Shown here: positions 59,686 to 64,000 of the stretch, piece after piece
How positions within the stretch are numbered: the stretch's first letter is position 1
How the letters are laid out: each line of letters starts with the position of its first letter
DNA from: Candidatus Cloacimonadales bacterium
GTDB lineage: Bacteria > Cloacimonadota > Cloacimonadia > Cloacimonadales > JAFGVF01
Assembly: GCA_963667035.1 (NCBI GenBank)
Contig: OY762964.1
Span: 512,001-576,000 of the forward strand
DNA: 64,000 nucleotides
Direction: 5' to 3'
Program-made: the position numbers and the translations under genes
Notes under the pieces: generated by a model
What the model saw: the letters and a program-made list of their open reading frames with translations, nothing else
Databases searched by the model: none
What the model was told of the DNA's origin: nothing

Positions 59686-60929
59686 TAAATTTTAGTTCTC
59701 CAGTGAATACCTAAGGCAGTACCTTTGGAATCAGAACCCGGGATGATGCTATCATAAGACTGGATGTTAAATCCGAACTCATAATAATCTGACCTATAAC
59801 CTAGTCCCCAAGAGAAGATCGTTGGAACTACACTATTACCGAATCTGATACCTACTTGAATAGGCATAGCTGCCCACATTGTTTCTGCGGCCATTGAAAA
59901 GTCGGGTTTGTCAGAAGTGAAGGAAGAGGTTTTTGAGGATTGTCTATAATCTAATGAAACAGATGATTTTTTGTATTCATATATAGAACCTATAGCAAAT
60001 GTAAAAGGAAGTTTGGTTGTGCGATCTTTTATCTGTTCACTTGTATGTTCTTCATAATAAAAGTCTTCGTCAAGATTCATAACGAATATTGAATCCGCCC
60101 ATACAATATAGTGTAATTCTTGATTATCAAGAGTCCAGTTAATTCTTGCGAATATATTATCAAAAGTTAAGCCAAGTTTTAAGTTCTCAAGAGGTTCGGT
60201 AGCAAAGCCAAGCATACCTTTGTAACCAAGACCGCCTGTACTTGAATGAAGAGTAATATCTTGAATAAAATCAGCCCCGACAATATCATCTCCTTCCAAA
60301 CCATTAGAGAAGTGACCTGCATATTCCTTCGTTTCTGTATTATTCAAGCCAATTAGGGCACTTAAAGAGATACCCATAGTAGTAGGAAAATATTCAGATA
60401 TATAAGGTACTTTAATACCTCCATAACTCCAAGTAAAATCCATATAGCTTAGAAAATCAAAACTATTGTTCTCTTGCGAGAATTCATAGTTATTCAAAGT
60501 ATTACCATATAGAACTAATCTAAGATATTTTTCTGAGAATTTACCATTAAGGGCAAAATGAGTTCTTAAGCCTAAACCGGTATTCCCATTATTCCAAGCG
60601 AATTCTTGTACAGATGCTTCTGCATTGAAAACAAGAGATCCGTCAACATCTTCAAGTATCTTCTCCTTCATTTTTTCATCTATGAATTCACCGGCAATAG
60701 AATTGTAAGTATCAACGGTGAATGCATTGTTTGAAACCGAGAAGTTCATATTGGAAAATGGGACTTCCATGTAAGATTCGTCACTACTTAAGTTAGCGGG
60801 ATTCCAGAATATAGCGTCAGAGCCTTTAGCTCTCATCATAAAACTTCCCGCAAATCCCTTGGAACGTGGAGTAGCAGTCAAGAGTAGGGAAGTAGATATC
60901 AAAACAAGTATTATAACTATTCTTTTCAT
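59685..60929 (-). CDS. Probable outer-membrane beta-barrel protein (DUF5723/PorV-like)
   Basis: Signal peptide; RSKGFAG...AIFWNPANL motif; beta-strand-rich C-terminus. Confidence 0.6.
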   Translation of the reverse strand: MKRIVIILVLISTSLLLTATPRSKGFAGSFMMRAKGSDAIFWNPANLSSDESYMEVPFSNMNFSVSNNAFTVDTYNSIAGEFIDEKMKEKILEDVDGSLVFNAEASVQEFAWNNGNTGLGLRTHFALNGKFSEKYLRLVLYGNTLNNYEFSQENNSFDFLSYMDFTWSYGGIKVPYISEYFPTTMGISLSALIGLNNTETKEYAGHFSNGLEGDDIVGADFIQDITLHSSTGGLGYKGMLGFATEPLENLKLGLTFDNIFARINWTLDNQELHYIVWADSIFVMNLDEDFYYEEHTSEQIKDRTTKLPFTFAIGSIYEYKKSSVSLDYRQSSKTSSFTSDKPDFSMAAETMWAAMPIQVGIRFGNSVVPTIFSWGLGYRSDYYEFGFNIQSYDSIIPGSDSKGTALGIHWRTKI

Positions 60930-60940
60930 TGATACACCTC

Positions 60941-62539
60941 CTATGATTGCATTAGCACTTTTAGTTTTAGGGAACCGGAGATTTTGATATAATCATCCAC
61001 AGTACCTGTTATTACAACCGGTTCTTGAGTCGGATCTGCATACATTAAGAACTTAATATAAATCTCGTCATTTATGAATACTTCGAAATTATTGACTGAT
61101 ATTTTATATGTCTCGCTATTATTTCCGGCTTCCACATAGAAACCGTCTCCAATACCATCATCATCAATGTCATCACCATTAAAATAAAGAGTTGCTTCGT
61201 ATAATGAATCGACAGTGTTGCCAAGTGGGACACTATGAATAAAAATAGAAAGACGAGCCCCAATTGGAAGTTTATTATCTATTCTCAGTTCTAGTTCAGC
61301 ACTTTGGCAATATTCATCAATAATCTTCTGATTATCTTGGGAGATGTTTGCAATAGTATCCTTATCTGTTATTAATGGGACACTGGAATCTTGAAGAGAG
61401 AAATTGAAGGGAATATTTCCGGTATAATCGCCAAAAATTGAATGGTTAGTTGATATAAAGCCATATCCATCAGCAGGATTTTCAACATGAACGCGAGAGC
61501 TTTTAATGACAAGACTCGTTGGCATAATTGAGAATAAGTAGTCAATCTGCTCATCGCTTATAAACTGATAATCTACAGGTTGAGTTACAGGATAATTAGA
61601 GATTAACTCGATATCTGCAGAAGGAATGGTGAATCTCTCTCCATGGTCATCAAGTATATCAATTCGAATACTATCACCTTTATCATTATAAGAAGTGATA
61701 GAACCTTCAAAGATAGTTGAAAAGCCAATATTGGAAGTAAGATTCAATTCTACTAAAGCATCCTCAATTATAACAACATCATCAATATTCTGGGGATACT
61801 CTATTTCCACATTCGCCAAGTCTTCTTCTATCTCAATATAATACCCGTCTATATTACCTAGAAATGATTCAAAATAAATCATGTCAGATAACTTAATATT
61901 CAGACTACCATAATCAACCATTCCAGGGTTTCCTTGGTTATCGGTAACAGAAATTGTGAATGATAGTGAATTAATGGAATTACCTTCCATAATATTATCC
62001 GTAGATTTAATCACATAATCAGCTAGGTTGAAACGATACTCGAAACTACCGAATTGAGATATATCAATGGCTGGGGAGAAATGTTCACCTTCTTGTGTAT
62101 ATATCTCATTAAATACTATTTTTGCAGTAGCATCATGTGTCTCTTGAACAATATCGTTTAGATTAAGTATCAAATACCCGGATTCAATTTTACCTGCAAC
62201 AACCTCAATAGTGTAATCAGGAAGAATAGAAACAAAAGGAATACTACCCGGAAAAGAATTCAACGTACTATAAAGATGGTTAACTGAGAACTCAGAATCA
62301 AGTTCTACAGCTAACTCTTCAATTCTTTTTGTGTTAATATCCCCCTTGGTCTCAACGTAGAGAGTACTATCAGACTCATTCAAAAATATATTTTCATTGT
62401 CTATCAAGTCACTAACCGGATATTTCTCATCTAACAAAGGGAGATTCAAATCAATTTCCCATTGGGTTCCTTTTGTACCCTTTATCGTACACCCTGCCAG
62501 AATGATTGCTATCAATAAAATAATGATATATCGCTTCAT
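60941..62539 (-). CDS. Hypothetical acidic lipoprotein
   Basis: Lipobox LAGC; beta-rich acidic body; GGAGG RBS. Confidence 0.7.
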   Translation of the reverse strand: MKRYIIILLIAIILAGCTIKGTKGTQWEIDLNLPLLDEKYPVSDLIDNENIFLNESDSTLYVETKGDINTKRIEELAVELDSEFSVNHLYSTLNSFPGSIPFVSILPDYTIEVVAGKIESGYLILNLNDIVQETHDATAKIVFNEIYTQEGEHFSPAIDISQFGSFEYRFNLADYVIKSTDNIMEGNSINSLSFTISVTDNQGNPGMVDYGSLNIKLSDMIYFESFLGNIDGYYIEIEEDLANVEIEYPQNIDDVVIIEDALVELNLTSNIGFSTIFEGSITSYNDKGDSIRIDILDDHGERFTIPSADIELISNYPVTQPVDYQFISDEQIDYLFSIMPTSLVIKSSRVHVENPADGYGFISTNHSIFGDYTGNIPFNFSLQDSSVPLITDKDTIANISQDNQKIIDEYCQSAELELRIDNKLPIGARLSIFIHSVPLGNTVDSLYEATLYFNGDDIDDDGIGDGFYVEAGNNSETYKISVNNFEVFINDEIYIKFLMYADPTQEPVVITGTVDDYIKISGSLKLKVLMQS

Positions 62540-62557
62540 ACAATTACCTCATTTTTG

Positions 62558-63523
62558 TTAAAATAAACTGAAATTACCTTTAGCTAATTCTTTATTGAAA
62601 CTAACTCCTTGAATTTTGAATCTGCTTCTTTCATAAAGCTGTTTCAATATATAATGGTCATTTCCATAGAGTAAAGAAATATTTTTTTCTGAGACCTCAA
62701 TTCTGCAATCATGTTCCATTGATTTTAAGATGTCTCTAATCAATATTTCTCCTTTTACTAATTCTCCAAAGTTGGGATGAAACGGTCCATCAATTACAGC
62801 ATCTCTTTCAACAATGTCCGAGTGAAGTCCTACTTTAGCAATCGTAATGTTTGCCTTTTCGAAGTTCTCAATCATTGTGACCGAATCATAAAGAGCTTGT
62901 TCTAAAGTAAGCGGAGTATACAATCCTCTATTATATAGTAATTCCAAAGGAGTTTCCTTTAAAATTAATAACGGATATATTCTAACAAAATCAGGTTTAA
63001 TATCTACAGTTGTCTTAATAGTCTTTTCCAGAGTTTCTTTACTATACCCGGGGAGTCCCGGCATTAGCTGTATGCCAAGAGATAAACCACTATTCTTTAT
63101 AAGTTTAGAAGCTTTAATAGCAACATCACAGGTGTAGTTTCTGCTGGATTTCTTTAATACATCATTATCGAAACTCTGAATCCCCAACTCAACAGTTCTG
63201 ACTTGATTATCAATACTTTCAACAAGAATTTCTTCACTAATGCAATCGGGACGTGTTGAATATCGAATATGTGTATCAGTATCTAGAAATGGTTTAACCA
63301 ATTGATAGTATTCTTTTCTTGTCTCAATAGGTAAGGCCGTGAAAGTGCCCCCGAAGAAAGCTATTTCCTTTGGTTGGTTAGGATTGTTTATTTTAAAAAG
63401 ATGTAATCCTTCTTTCAATTTCTCAGGATTGATACTATCTGATCCGGTAATATCAAATTGATTACAGTAAATACATTGATAAGGGCATCCTTGCTGAGGA
63501 ATGAATACAGGATAAATTCTCAT
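62558..63523 (-). CDS. Radical SAM protein (Elp3/YhcC-like)
   Basis: GCPYQCIYCNQ, AFFGGTFT, STRPD, ELGIQS, RIYP; adjacent to rnc. Confidence 0.88.
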   Translation of the reverse strand: MRIYPVFIPQQGCPYQCIYCNQFDITGSDSINPEKLKEGLHLFKINNPNQPKEIAFFGGTFTALPIETRKEYYQLVKPFLDTDTHIRYSTRPDCISEEILVESIDNQVRTVELGIQSFDNDVLKKSSRNYTCDVAIKASKLIKNSGLSLGIQLMPGLPGYSKETLEKTIKTTVDIKPDFVRIYPLLILKETPLELLYNRGLYTPLTLEQALYDSVTMIENFEKANITIAKVGLHSDIVERDAVIDGPFHPNFGELVKGEILIRDILKSMEHDCRIEVSEKNISLLYGNDHYILKQLYERSRFKIQGVSFNKELAKGNFSLF

Positions 63524-64000
63524 TAAATCTTTAGAATGCTACAAGCTTCTTTGGCTGCATTTTGCTGAGCTTCTTTTTTGCTTGAACCGGAACCGGTCCC
63601 TACTTTCTCTCCGTTTATAAAAACACTCATAATAAATGTTTTATTATGATCCGGTCCGACTTCTCCGTCTTTCTCATATGTAGGAGGAGCTTGGAATTTT
63701 GATTGGCTGTATTCTTGTAACATACTCTTAAAGTTTTTCAGCTCATCCTGATTGATTAGTTTTCTGAAATTAGTAAGCACGATGTTTCTAACAAGTGCCC
63801 CTGCTTCTTCCAAATCACTATCCAAATAAACGGCACAAATCAATGCTTCCATAGCATCAGATAGAATCGACGGACGTTTTCTGCCTCCGTTTCTATCTTC
63901 ATCTTCGCTCAGCATTAAATAACTTCCGAGATCTATCTCTATTGCTTTCACAGTGAGATACTTCTCTGAAACTATTTTAGATTTCATTTTAGAGAGTGTG
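63523..64000 (-). CDS. rnc: Ribonuclease III, 3' part (start lies beyond the window)
   Basis: SILSDAMEALICAVYLD; dsRBD KSMLQE...GPDH...KKEAQQNAA; frame open to the edge. Confidence 0.93.
   Translation of the reverse strand, partial: TLSKMKSKIVSEKYLTVKAIEIDLGSYLMLSEDEDRNGGRKRPSILSDAMEALICAVYLDSDLEEAGALVRNIVLTNFRKLINQDELKNFKSMLQEYSQSKFQAPPTYEKDGEVGPDHNKTFIMSVFINGEKVGTGSGSSKKEAQQNAAKEACSILKI

Overview
An AT-rich, mostly core-genome window from a diderm, probably anaerobic bacterium. Gene content and the secreted proteins ending in N(Y/F)PNPFNP-type tails suggest Candidatus Cloacimonadota or a related FCB lineage (inference). Housekeeping genes: aspS-purN-mtaB, folC, purA, pdp, the rimP-nusA-ylxR-ylxQ-infB-rbfA-DHH-truB-ribF-yhaM-yycJ operon, a partial rnc, four tRNAs and mscS. 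Also present: two orphan sensor kinases, redox genes (bcp, tpx, MarR-OsmC-thioredoxin), amrA/amrB, several predicted outer-membrane proteins, and three large secreted proteins with a T9SS-like C-terminal sorting domain (C25, C10 and a repeat adhesin-like protein). I found no CRISPR array, intact mobile element or prophage. The most unusual signals are non-coding. A ~112-bp quasi-palindromic element with an exact 11-bp CACTG/CAGTG phase occurs twice (895-1006, 22522-22633) with compensatory changes, and two other intergenic tracts show the same 11-bp phasing with different sequence. A highly structured ~185-nt RNA candidate with a terminator lies upstream of the U32 gene, and an unannotated 33-aa ORF has its own candidate promoter and terminator.
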